DNA of 64,000 nt from Epiperipatus broadwayi (lineage: Eukaryota; Animalia; Onychophora): assembly GCA_028023455.1 (NCBI GenBank), contig JAQFVV010000009.1, positions 11,532,001 through 11,596,000 of the forward strand. Direction: 5' to 3'. The position numbers were made by a program, and so were the translations under genes. Under the pieces are notes generated by a model. It saw nothing but the letters and a program-made list of their open reading frames with translations, was not told the origin of the DNA and searched no databases. Positions 28,208 to 41,548 of this stretch are shown here, piece after piece (position 1 is the first letter of the stretch; the number at the start of each line of letters is the position of its first letter).

Positions 28208-29053
28208 CAAAATTAATTGTTTAAACAATATATAAAATAAAGAACTAGTAATTATTAATAATTTTATTATAATAAGATGTTTATATATATTGTAGTTTAA
28301 CTATGAAATAGATTGCTGGTCAGTTGAAATTGTCAGATACTTTTGGAAATTTGAAATAATGAAATATTACATTCACATTCTGTAAAGTGCATAGAAAATT
28401 AATATTGTTTGCTTATATTATTAATAATTGTGATTATATATATTTTTTAAAATTATCTATATCTTAAATTATTATTTCACTAATATTGTTAGAAAAATTT
28501 ATTGTAACTTATTTGAATTTAGAACAATCAGTATAATTCAGTATAACTGTGACTTTATGATTGGTACATTCAAATAAGTTATGGATATTTTTTAATAACA
28601 TTAATAGAATTTTATTTTTTACAATTAACTTTATCATTTTTACATAATAATTTAAATTAAAGATATTTTTAAAAGTATTTAAGTAACTAATATAATATAA
28701 AACACCATTATATAGCAACAATAATTCTATATATATGCAAAAAGCTTTTTGTGGCAAATATTTTTGCCATTCTAATTGTGTTTTTAACTTATTTTAAATC
28801 TTCAATTTACATTGCATACATAGTTATATCTATCGTTTTTATATAAAATTAAGGTAATTAGAAAAATATTGGGGGAGGGGATGACTAATCTAATATTCAC
28901 AAATGTAACATACAAAAGTAAAATTTGCCACCTAAACAACATATAACAATTATATAAAATATACAAAAAGTAATATAAAGATATTTATATATAATTATAA
29001 TTATTATTAGTCCTTGCTTTTTATATAATTTTATTAATACAATATATATATAT

Positions 29054-29270
29054 GATAAACAAAAATGCAAGTTAAAAAACTTGCTAACGCTTGTATTTAT
29101 GTCCACAGATGGCGTTCTACCAAAAACACCGATCAAGCGTATGTTTTGTTTACATAAACGTCAGAGTAGTATTCACTATCTCTAACTATAATTCCACTTT
29201 CAGATCATGATTTCAAGCTATTTGCTATCATCAGTGAAAGACAGGAATAAAGAACGCCATCTGTGGATAT
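29054..29270 (-). mobile_element. Short non-coding element with 17-bp inverted repeats and an internal hammerhead
   Basis: tccacagatggcgttct 29102-29118 / agaacgccatctgtgga 29251-29267; TA runs at about 29042-29053 and from 29268; HHR at 29197-29240. Confidence 0.75.
29197..29240 (-). ncRNA. Well-formed minimal type I hammerhead ribozyme motif, C3-G8 core
   Basis: CUUUCA-CUGAUGA-U-AGC-AAAUA-GCU-U-GAAA-UCAUGA-UC-UGAAAG: perfect 6-bp stem I, palindromic AUCAUGAU helix III, AUC cleavage triplet. Confidence 0.8.
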
Positions 29271-32200
29271 ATATATATGTGTGTGTGTGTGTATGTACAA
29301 AGATTACTTATTTAAAAATTTCAACGTCTTAATGTTTACATTGCTATGTTATATATATTATGTATTGTTAATTACTGAAAAATCCAAATGTCTTGTATCT
29401 ATATTTTTTATGTTTATACATTTAGGCAATTATTGCTGTTGTTTATTTATCATTTTTATTTTCATTTTTGTTGTTGTTATTTCTAAAGATAATCAGTTAG
29501 ATTTGACTATAAAATATATATATAATAACATAATTTTTTAAAATAATTTTATGGATTTTTATAATGAATATAACAAGGAAATTTATGGAAGATTTTAACG
29601 AGATAGATAAAAGTTTGTAATTTAAATATAATCTTAATACTAATAATAAAAATTTGGCATTGATTATAAGTTTAATGTAATAAATATATTTTTACAAATT
29701 ATTTTGAATGAATGAGTTTTTTTAAATATATATTTTTATTTAAATATTTTATAAACTGAAACATCGTAAGTTTAGCATAGTGATTGATCAGAAAGAGAAA
29801 AAAAAAGAAAATAAAGACATATAGATTAAAATTTAATTTATATTGCATAATGTAATAATGGATATAATTGTAATAATTTTTACAATGATTCATCTATTAT
29901 TGGAATACAAATGAGTTGCAATTAGAAAAGCATTTATTTGCTGTAATGTCTATTAATTTAACTATTGCACATTGTTTCTACAAAGTGATTGTTTAAAATT
30001 TTTTTTAGTGAATTCATATACTTATATTTTTTATTATTAATTGTTAAATAAACAAGAATATTATTTTTAATTTGCATTTCAACTATAGAAAATAAGGTAA
30101 TAAAATTATAAGATGTCTATTAATCATACATTAAAAATATTTATTATATTAATTAATCTTTTAATTTTTAACTAATAATATTTAGGAAAAGAATGTAGTT
30201 TATCTAACTGATGCTATATGCATTATAAAATATATACTAAACATTTTTATTTTGTGATTTGAGTATTTGGTTAAAAAAAGTTAGTTATAGAACATAAAGT
30301 CTCTGAATTGATTCCTAATTGGGGAAAGTAAAAAAAAAAATATTAATTTGACCATTTGAGTGAAATTTTTGATCAAACTTGATACAAATTCATTCTTTTC
30401 CTAAGCTAGATTTATATATTTTTTTATTTACAGTAATTACTTTATATAATTAAAATTTCAAACTATTTTTATAGCTATACATCAAAGTGACACAAGAAAC
30501 TTTGATTCGAATTAATGATTATTTTATTGGCTTATACATGGGTAATGTGAAACAGTGCTTGTTATTATGCTTGTTTGCATTCATGATTTATGTACCACCT
30601 ACAACTTATTACACTCACTTTAAACTTAACAGTTTTTTCAGAAACAGAAAATTCAAATCTTTTTTTGTTTACTCCAAACATAAAAAGCAATTATTTTATT
30701 CTGACATTTCTATTAATTTATTGTCATTTTTTTATTGGATTATTTGCCTTCATACAAACAGAGAGCAAAGGTTTGTTGCTATCTTCTCATTATTCACATC
30801 TGCTACTTTGTCTTCCTTCTACTTATTAATCTTTTATTGTTGTTATTTATCACTTTTTTAATTAATTTTGATGTCTTCTCATTCAAGTATAACCATTTTC
30901 AAGTCTCTTGATATGCATGTGTTATTGGATTGAGCTGGAATAAGCCATTGTCTTTTTAAATACATCTGCCTTTCTTTTTTACTTTTTTTTTTGTTTACTT
31001 ATATTTGCACATTTTTATATATAATGCACTCTTTTTATATCCTTTACTTTGTCTTTATTTAAGATTTTTTTTTTTAAAAAAGTAAAAAGTTCTACCTCAT
31101 TCAGAGAATTTATTAAAGTATACATTCATGTAACTATTGTCATATTATCTAGTGTTTATTTCAACTTAAACAAATTCGTTTGATTATAAACATTACATGT
31201 ATCTTTATATTGATGTTATTTGTTATTGCTTCCATTTATATTCTCTGTGAGGTAAAACATTTTGTGAATTGTTCTGTTATATTCATTGAGTGTTATAAGT
31301 GTATATGGAGTATTCCAGCTCAATTGTGCATGACATGGACATCACAGTGATTAGAAGCAGCATAGTCCACATGAATTTGGCCTGGAATTCTGGTTTACTA
31401 CATAAAATAAATGGAAGCCTTGAAACTCATATTAGATTATCAAACATTGTTATTGGCTGAATACAAGAGATTGGTACCTGTTTCATTTGGCAATTCATTT
31501 ATTTAATTTTAATTTTTATATTTTTATTTTTGATACTTTTTTTTCCAAGTATTTAACTTAAATTTTAAATTCTGCTTCCAACTTTGTTTTTCTTTTTAAA
31601 AAAAAATTAATCATATCTATTTTTTTAGATATAAATTTATGCTTTTTAATTTGTTTTTGCTTAATTTTTTTTTACACTATATATTTTAACCATGTAAAAA
31701 CTTTTAATGTGTGTTTCATTATTACAAACAAATAAAAAATATATTTGTGTTTGCACTCTTATTTTCATTTATATATATATTCAAGTAAAACATAAGACAT
31801 TCCCATGTATACCAAAGAATGTGTAAAATAGATTTTTAGAATGTAGATATACATTGTCAGTCTAGTGGTAGCAGCATTGATATTAAGCTAGTAATAAATA
31901 ATATTTATTCTATATACTCTATTCATAATAGCAGATTTACTTTAATATATAAAAATCAAATAAAGATTTTTTTAATATTATATACATATAAAAGTAACAA
32001 AATCTTTAGATGGCTTATAAACATTAATTATTTTGAGAAAAAAAATAAAGTAAAACCAAATAATATATTTAATTTTTTGAAGTGTAATAATAGTTTTTAA
32101 ATTATATCTTTCTATTAGAATGAAAACTAATCATAATTTTATGTATATTTATAAATTCAGTTTATTTAAATTATGTTTATAAACTCAAAAAATATTTAAA

Positions 32201-35200
32201 TTTCATTATATAGTTTATAATCTAAAAATAAAGACAATGAAAGATGATAGTATTCATTCTAATTAAATATTTACAATTGTAAACATATTTTTACATGGTA
32301 AAATTTTAAAATAATAAACTACATTTATTTATTTTAAGTAAGCATTTTTACAAGCTTTATTGAAGAATTTGCCACTGAAGAATATATGTATAAACAAATG
32401 ATATAATTAATATGTACATCATAATGTGTAATATATTTTAAAAAATATATAAAATAAAAATAATTTAATTGTGTTAATTAATATTTTAATCACATTAAAA
32501 ACAAGTATTTCATTTACTTTTAATCTTTAATTAATTAATCATTAATAAATAATGTGTCCTGTTATTCGTACTTGTATGTTGTTGCCTATATCTCTTGTTT
32601 CTGTATAACTAGTCTGTTAATTATTCTTAAATGCACCATAACTAGATCATTGAAGCCATTTTTATGTTTTTTTCTCCTTATTTATAATAAATAACTATAT
32701 TAAAAATATAACAAGAATCTTAATATAATATTATTGCTAACTATGAAGTGTGATACTATTTATTGAAATAAAAAGATGACTTATTTGTTTTACTTTTTGT
32801 TTTTGGTTTGTTTTAAAATATTTCGAAAATTAGGGGGGAAAAGCTCAGAATGAAAGCTCTGCATGAAATTTAACCCTCATATATGCTGATATTTGTAAAA
32901 ATTCAATTATTGATTTACTTATTTTACTGGAAGTATTGTTTAAAGAATGAATTTAATATTAAAATAGCATATTTTATCAAAAAAAAAAATTTTCTATTTA
33001 AAAAATAAAACATTTTTTTCCTAATGCTAATTTTAAAAGATTAAATACTATCAAAATCTGAAAAAAAGTCCATTGAGTAGAGAATTTTATTACTTTTTTA
33101 TATTAGAAAATATTTTTTAAGTTTTTTTCCACAGTTCTTAACTTGATTGTATAAAAAAAAAAAAACAACTCTAAATTACAAAGTAAATAATGATTTTAAA
33201 AAATGTAATAATTAATTTGAAATCCACTTATTATATTGTATTTCAAAGTCCATCTTCACTTATAAAAGCTACTACAATTTGTAATTTATTTATGTTGCTA
33301 AAATGATAAATATTAGTGTATTATTTGTGTCAGACTTTAATTTATAAATATATATTTGTATTCAAAAGAAAATCATTAAAATTAATTTTAAAGATAATAC
33401 AATACTAAATTATAATTGTAATTCTATAGCATTTTTAGAGGACTATATATATATTTACAATGGAAATAATTTCATTTTTTATTAGTATTTTCACTTTAAT
33501 TGATGTGAACATAACTTTGTCAGTATATATATATGTTATTTATTTTAGTGAAATTCACTTCTTTTAATTTAATACAAATTTTAATAAATCGTCACACACA
33601 TACACAAACCTTTTAATAATTTGTTTTTTACTATCCCTGAAAAGTTTTGAATGTTTCTGCTAATCTTCTAAATTAATGTGATTCGTTTGAATTCTAGATT
33701 GTAGAATAAATGAAATTTTCAAGAAAAATAAAATATACATAACCAAAGTTTTTTAAAAAAATAGTTATATAAATTTAATTTGCTATAAAAAAAGTGAGGA
33801 ACACATAAAATAATACTAACAATCTGCTAAGTTTATTTTATCTGTCCTGACCTAAAATCTGTAACTAAAGAAAATGGAAATCTGTCTAATCTTGTTGTTC
33901 AATAATAATATTTATAATATTCATAATTTGAAATTTGATATAATAAATAAAAATCATAAAAATGACTATGCTCTAGTTATTAACAGAAGGCAAGATATTA
34001 ACATAAATTTTTAAAAGTTATCTGTAATTTCAAGTTTTACTTCCATTTTTGAATTTAAGTAGGATTTTTTTTTTGTTTAAACATTGGCCAAATATAAAAA
34101 ATCATGTTGAGTTTTTGAATTAATTATTATTATTTTTAATAATATTGAGTTAATATAATCACCTGACTTGATAAAGAAATTATGTAGACATGTACAATAA
34201 ATATGACTGTGAATTTTGAAAATATAAATATATTTGATTTTTCATTAAACTACATTTAATAATTATAACTATCAAAAGTTATTTAAATTTTTTGTTATTC
34301 ATTTTTTTATAAGATAATTCGATCACATGTCTTCTCCAGTTTATATTTATTCCAAATTTTATAGTAATAATTTCTTTTTCTTCACTTCAGAATCAACTTT
34401 TTATGAATGAGTAAGAAGTGCACATTAGGTGAAAGTATAAAAGGATTCCAGTGACTAGCATGGCTAATAGTCTTCTTTTAGGAACTATCCTTTTTGAATT
34501 TACTTATATATTCAGAATTTTGTGCACATTATGTATTTTAAGTTTTTTGCTCTCAGCTAGATAAAGTAGCTAGATAAAAAATTTGTTATGATCAAGCAAT
34601 ATCATTGGATCAGTGTCTGGCTTGCTACCATTTTAATATAATTTATATTATATTTTAATTTTATAGCTATATCACAAATTTGAGCTATCTAAATATCATA
34701 TTGAAATTTAAAATATTCTAAAGTTTATTTAGCTTAGAAATCAATTCAATTTGCATAGAGATCTAATACTCAGTCACTAATTTTATATTTTGATGATTTC
34801 AGTCTTAAGATATTGCAGCAGTTTTGATTTTTTTTATGATTTTTTTTAATGAAATAGTCAATTAAACTCATCTCACTTTAAAATATTGCTAATCCTAATT
34901 TATATAGTTGTACAAGAAAATTAGTTTGGGTTCAAAACTATAAGATGTTGGAAATTTTAAAGCTTGCTATAATATGTGGCAATCGTTGGTTGGATGGAAA
35001 ATAAAGATACCCAATCAAAAGAAACCAATAAGCTACCAAGTGATATTGAAAATTTATTTGTATTGCTATCTAGTGAATTTTGTTTTCTCATACTTATAAA
35101 ACTGAAACTGAAATGAGGAGAAAAAATGCTTCTATCAAATTCCCTTATAAGCTTTATCTTATTTTATTTTTTTATTCATATTTTAAAAACAATTATTGTT

Positions 35201-35448
35201 AATAATAAACTTGAAATTATGATTTTTATTTATTTAAAACTTCACTGCTTTTTAAATGTATCACTAGTAAGCTTTACAGTTTATTTGTACGGCCATTACT
35301 AAATTATATTAAAACTGTTTTTTTTTTTTTTTTGCTTATATTTGTTTTTATTAAATAAACCTTACCTTCACACCTTCTCCTACCTTTTATTTGTTTTGCA
35401 TTTACCTGTGTTTGATGTTTGGGAATCTGTCCTTCCTTACTATTGCAG

Positions 35449-35571
35449 CCGGGTTCCAATATAATCAGCATCAACTTCTTCCGTTTGTTCCGTGTCATGC
35501 GGCTGGTCAAGCTGCTGAGCCGAGGGGAGGGCATTCGCACATTATTGTGGACCTTCATAAAATCTTTTCAG
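35449..35571 (+). CDS. Ca-alpha1D: Exon of L-type voltage-gated Ca2+ channel alpha-1 subunit (Cav1), domain IV S3-S4 linker end, S4 and S4-S5 linker
   Basis: Flanked by ttgcag| and |gtaaga; 123 nt, phase 0/0; translates [41 protein letters not shown], the conserved Cav1 IVS4 voltage-sensor sequence. The symbol is the Drosophila Cav1 orthologue name. Confidence 0.97.
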
Positions 35572-38441
35572 GTAAGAGTTTTATTTATAAGATATTTTTA
35601 AATATATATATTATCAAGATTTTTAATTTTAAAAAAAATATTTTTTTTATTTGTTATAAGCTAACTTTTGTACGAGTGTTCAGTTTATTGAAAAATTTTA
35701 TTTGATATTTATATAAATTATTTAAAGTGTTAAATATAATCAAAGAGCATTTTTGTTACATATTGTGTTACTAATATTGTTTTTTAATATAATTAACAAT
35801 AACATATTTTTATAAAATATTTATAATATTTGAATACAAATACAATTTATATACTTGTAGTTTAGATATAATTATAGTGGATTTGAACACAGACTTTCAA
35901 GCTCCCTTTAGCTATCCAATATTTATATAAAATAATATTTTTTATATTGAATTTTTTTTTTTATGTTTTTTTTTATTGTGTGAATTGGAGGAAGATGCAC
36001 ATAGCTTTTTTTTTTTTTTTTTTTGCAAAATCATGATAGAAGACTGATTAAGAAAGTTCAATTATTGAAAAATAATCATTTCTTCAATTCTTGTTATAAT
36101 GGGTTGTCAGCTAAGATTGATTTTGCTGTTGTGAATTGCTCATTATACCTAGGAGAATGGCTAGATATCAAATGTATTGTTTTTACACCAAGCAAAATAA
36201 AATAGTTTAATAATAAAAATAAACTAACTTTAAGTGGAAGATAATTCCAACATAAAATTTGCATAATTAAAGTGAGGAAACAATTTGTCAAAAGGTTTAT
36301 ATATGTGTGAGCAAATACAAAATTGAGATATATACTGTAGAAGTTTAAAAAGTAAAGTTTAAATTTGAAATGTGGCGTGGCATAGGATAATGAAAGTCCC
36401 ATGGATAAGCAGAATGAAAAATAAGATTGTATTGACAATAATTAAAGAAAACTAAATTTTGTTGGATAAAAAAAAATGAAAATAATATTTTCTTTTGTAA
36501 TTTGTAAATAAATAGTTTGATGACTCTAGGAGAGGAAAAATGCAATTTGCAATGTTGTTTATTGAATTCAGCATTATTGTAGAATAGTAATTATTATATA
36601 TGATGGTTATTAAAATATTATTATTTTTATATTTATTAGAATGTATACAGATTTTGTTATGTTCTATTACTAAAATAAATGTTCATATATATTCACTGCC
36701 ATTCAGAAATTCACATTTTCATGAACTTATTTTTTATCTCTTTCCTTGTGGCTCTTTTATGGGGGGGGGGGATGGACAAAATAGCTCTTCCTGTTAAAAG
36801 ATTGCCAAACCCTGGTATGAATGTTTTTAGGGACATATGGCTTGGAAGACTGAATAGGATAACTCATGCAATCAATTCCTGAGTGATATTAATGTAGGCT
36901 TAATATATCATATAATTAAGAACTCTAAAAAAATTGTTATTGGAATTAAATCATATTGACCATCAAACTTTGATTTAATAAGAATAGAAGATGACTGCAT
37001 TGGAATACTTTTAAAATTCTAATAACTATTCTTTAATTCCATGTGATTATCTTTTTTTTTTTTTTTTGCTGATAATATTATATGGTTGAATATTTGCTAA
37101 ACAATTTTTGCCTTCTGTTTAAAATAATATATTAATTTAATAATAATAAAGTTACATATTATAGTTTTTGAAAAAAAAACCCATAGAAATTGCAGTATTA
37201 TAAAAATTGAAATATGTTAATGGAGAATTGGTTTAATGAATATTATTTAGATGAATTTCAAATGAAACATAGGTCCTATAAGCAGTTTCCAACATTGGCC
37301 ATGCCAAATATTACAAGTTTGTATATGAGTAAAGTTAGAATGTGAAAGTAATACTTAAATTTTTCATTTTTTTTAGTGGTAACAAGAATTGATTTAATTA
37401 AATGTTTTTCTTCACCAAATGATACAATAAAAATTCTAGACAATGTTCTTTAAATAATAATGTGATGATTTTAATGAGTTATAAATGACTGTAAAAAACA
37501 GAGAAAATTATAAAATAATATAGACAGTTTTTTTAATCTCTCTTTTCAGTAATTATTTACCAGTTTTAAATTTAAAAAAGTTTATTGTAAGTTTTAATTT
37601 TAACTTATAAAAGATAATAATTAAATAGATAAATAAATGAAATTTTAAAAAAAAGAAAAAATAACATTTTTGTCAAATTTTTGTTTTAATTGATTAGAAT
37701 TGTTTTTTTTTCCTTTTTTCTTTAGCTCTCTCCACAACAAAAGTCAATTTTAACCAAATCAGTGTAATTAAAAGATTCTTATTTTAGCATAAGAAAAAAA
37801 TAACTACAGAGGTTTTTTTTTTATGAGTGGGATTAAATTTTATTATCATTGGCTTGTTTTGCAATTTTAATTCTAAAGTAGGGAAAAAATCTTTTGTGAT
37901 AATAAATCCAATTGGTCAATGTTACACTTGGTTATGTGGGGGACAAAATTGTGATTGGTTGGAGACAGGATTATTCCAAAAAATAATATAGAGGACAGGT
38001 AATTCAGTAGACTGAGTGTTTGGTAAGAAATGGTCATTCTTAGCTCAGTTGGTGGGGAGAGTAGGAATAATAGTTACTATTATTGATTCACCTGTGAAAA
38101 TGTATTTTTGTAAAATGTAGTTAAGAACAACTGTGATCTAAGTTTAGCTAGAAACCAAACACCATCAATCTCTATTTAGCTATTAAAAGGTAAAAGAGGA
38201 GAATTCCCCTAAAGTAATCTGCAACAAGCTTTGGCTTCATCCAAGAGCATGAATGCTTCTTTCTAAGTTATTCTACATTGGAAAATTATTAAAAAGAAAA
38301 AATGGATAAATTCTTTCTGTGTGTTAGCCTGGAAAATATTCTACTGCAAAATAGAACCAATTAACTGGGTACATTAACCTACAAGTAGGTGTTAGTGGAG
38401 AAGCTTAAAAGAAAAAAACATACATGGAAAAAATGAAATTT

Positions 38442-38720
38442 ACAACTTCCCAAGAAGAATTTTCCTGTATGTTTGTAATGATGGTATATGTTGGACTATG
38501 TCCATCATCTCAGTAAATGTTGAATGTATAGAAAATTTTAAACTTTATTTAAATTTTTGAAATACAAACAACTTGTTAGTAATAACACACAAATAGCATG
38601 GGTTGTCTATTTGTATGTTATTACTAACAACTTGTTTGTAGTTGACAAGTTTAAATAAATTTTAAAATTTTCTATACATTCAACATTTACTAATAGATTA
38701 TAACAATTGCCCAAGAAGAA
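38442..38720. mobile_element. Fold-back insertion with 18-bp imperfect TSD
   Basis: 85-bp arms 38512-38596 / 38607-38691 (7 mismatches, 10-nt loop); acaacttcccaagaagaa 38442-38459 / acaattgcccaagaagaa 38703-38720. Confidence 0.7.
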
Positions 38721-40127
38721 CTCTAAAGTAAAAATAAATCCATGGTAAAAAGATACCTTAACATTTACATTATATTTAAATTTATAGATAAGTTTTAAAT
38801 TAAATATAATGTTAAATATTTATTTTGTTTCTTCATATTATTTTCCCTCCAAAATTATAAAAAGAGAGTTAGCTAATTTAGAATTTTTAATCTTTATTAA
38901 ATAATTTTTTTAAATAAATAATAATTTGTCGTAATGAATCATTTTATTAATTTAATATTTTTTAAAAATTGTAGTGTTTTTAGTCATTTGATTTTCCATC
39001 TAAAATTATAAAAAGGTTTATTTTTCTTAACTAATTTATACTTTTTTTTATCTCTGATTATTAAAAGTTATCTAACTTTAGTTGTAAAAAAATGAAGTAA
39101 CATAATGAAAGTAAAAATTAATTAAATTAATGAATAAAAGCCATTTGGTTAATCTTTTTATATGAAATTATAATTTTTGATAAGTATGTATAAGCTTGAG
39201 TTATCATGTAATTTTTTCAATTTTCTTAATTATTAATCAGTTAGTTTATTAAATAATTATTTAAAAAAGTTTTATATTTTATATATTCAGTTATCTGTTC
39301 TATGAAATGGCAATGTATGTGACCTGATTTCATTATGGCTTAGTGTTTGGGGGAGTTTTTAAATTATCCCAATAAAGCTATACAATTATAGTAGAGTAAG
39401 AATATACATTTTTTACTTTCTGTTGATCACAATTACAGTCTCTAGAGTTTTATGATCTTGAGCTAGTTTAGAGAAATAATGGTTGTATAAATGTATAATT
39501 TTATTTTTTGTGTTTGGACATCCAGATTAGCTCTCTGGATGGTGCAACGATATCACCTTTAAAATCCATTCACTGAATTTTTTTTAGAGAAACTTTAGTT
39601 TATAGGGGCCTGTGCACTAATGGTATCATATAGCCAGAGTATTGATATTGATTAGTACGTATCAGTATTCCCACATTATTTTTTATTTTTTTTATGATAC
39701 ATACATTGACACTTAAGAATGTGCACCCAATTGATTGCTTTATATCATGCCCTATGTTTGGAAGTTGCTATATAATTAGATTGTGTATGGTGTGCTTCTT
39801 GACTGCTGATGAGTTAATGATTTGATTGTTTATGTCTAATGCTGAGTAATTTGTAGTTTATAATTTATTATTAGTATAACTACTTATATGTGATTTGATT
39901 CTATACCAATTTTCTCATCTCATGTTCATTTTACTTTCAACTTTATGTATTTACTGGGGATATGATGATGTGATTTTCTCATATCCCCATGCTACCTAAT
40001 TTCATACCATTACAATATATAAACATACATTTTGGATTTATCTATATACACATTTGTTTGTTAATATTAGCATCATATTGAAGTTTGATTAAATCACAAC
40101 TGCTATCATCCAAATAGCAGAGACATT

Positions 40128-40262
40128 CAAAAATATTGTATAAACATCCAAAAATATTGCATAAACATCCAATGGTCAGAATATATATATATATGTTAAT
40201 CTCTTTATCTGCATAAACATCCAATGGTCAGAATATATATATATATGTTAATCTCTTTATCT
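40128..40262 (+). repeat. Nested tandem duplications (21-bp x2, then perfect 52-bp x2)
   Basis: 52-bp units 40159-40210 and 40211-40262 identical; 21-bp units 40128-40148 / 40149-40169 differ at one base. Confidence 0.93.
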
Positions 40263-41250
40263 ATGAAAATTTTCATTTTAATATCTACATGTATTAATAA
40301 AAATTGTTTGAAACTTGAAGTATATTCAACTATGCTTCTGTCAATTTCAACTTTAAATTAGTTTTGTTAAAATTAAATTGATCTTGTATATATGTAAAGT
40401 TAATGCAGTTGAAAATATAAGATATTTCAAGCCTATATCTGTTTATGAATGATCGTTCTATTGCAAAACTGGCTCTGGAATTTGAAATTTTATTTTTCTC
40501 TTTTATTACATTTAAGAAGCAGTAAATACTATATTTGGAAATGATACATATATGTAATAATGTGTACTTATAAATAATGTATTCATTAATATTAATAAGC
40601 ACAAATAAGAATATATAAGTATGCAAGTACTTATACATATAAATTATATATATTTAATGTATATATATTAATCTATTGATAAATATTAACATTGTAATAA
40701 AGCATGGAAACTGGTATTCTTATCAGATAATTATGACAAAATAATGGATTTATGTGTAAATGTAATAAGGATTTTACAGTAACTGCAATCACTATATAAT
40801 ATGAATAGCAACTGTCTGATTTTTAAGAATTCATAGGAAAAACATAATATATTTGTATGTATATAATCAGCATTTTTTTAAATAAAGATATTGTTTGTAT
40901 GATATTCAAGTAGAAGTATACATGGAAAAAAAAACTACTTTTTAAGTAGTTCTATTTTGCTTCAAATCTTTTTGAAAAAAAAAAAATTGTGCGCTATATT
41001 TCTTCATTATATAGTTATGCAGTTGACTAAAATCTTTTAGCCAAATATTTAATAATATTTCCAAAAATAGTAAATAAAATTTGTGGATATTTTGGTGTAC
41101 TTGCATACACAATTTTCAGAATTTAGATTAAATAAATATAGATAAATTATGATTTTTTTTTTAAAGATTGTATGAAGGCATGTGATTTTTAAGTCTTTAT
41201 TTTATTTGCAAAAATCTCTTTTTGAAGATCAAGAAAAGTTTTTTTGTCAA

Positions 41251-41315
41251 GCGTTGGTGGCCGAGAGGTCAGCACAACTGTCTTACAAGCAGTTGTCCCA
41301 GTTAGCGGCCGATGC
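41251..41315 (+). pseudogene. tRNA-Gly(TCC)-derived pseudogene or SINE head with deleted T-loop
   Basis: GCGTTGGTGG...AGCAC AACTG TCTTACAA GCAGTTGTCCC...CGGCCGATGC follows eukaryotic tRNA-Gly-TCC (GCGTTGGTGG...GCTGCCTTCCAAGCAGTTGACCCGG...CCGGCCAACGC); B-box missing; A-run follows. Confidence 0.65.
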
Positions 41316-41548
41316 TATGCCACATGAAAAAAAAGAAAATATTTTTTTCTCCAATGTTTTCTCCCTTATTTATCCCTTTTTACTGAAATATGCTTTCGTC
41401 AAAATTAATATTGGAATTTGTTAATTTAATGTTCATAACTTTAATAGAAAGATAATGTTCTTCTATTCTTCTGATAATGATTATGCTGTCACTTTACAAT
41501 TTACACATTGTATGATGAACTACAACTTATATATATATATATATATAT

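Noticed and set aside
30260-30340. tRNA-like string followed by an A-run (a similar weak case lies at about 14238-14310)
   Set aside because: Too degenerate to support a call.
31328-31341. gcatgacatgga can pair over 12 nt (one G-U) with the S4 exon, as a possible editing complementary sequence
   Set aside because: A 12-nt match with a wobble is near chance expectation in 64 kb and does not extend.
38030-38110. TAGCTCAGTTGG tRNA A-box
   Set aside because: No B-box or cloverleaf; at most a SINE relic.
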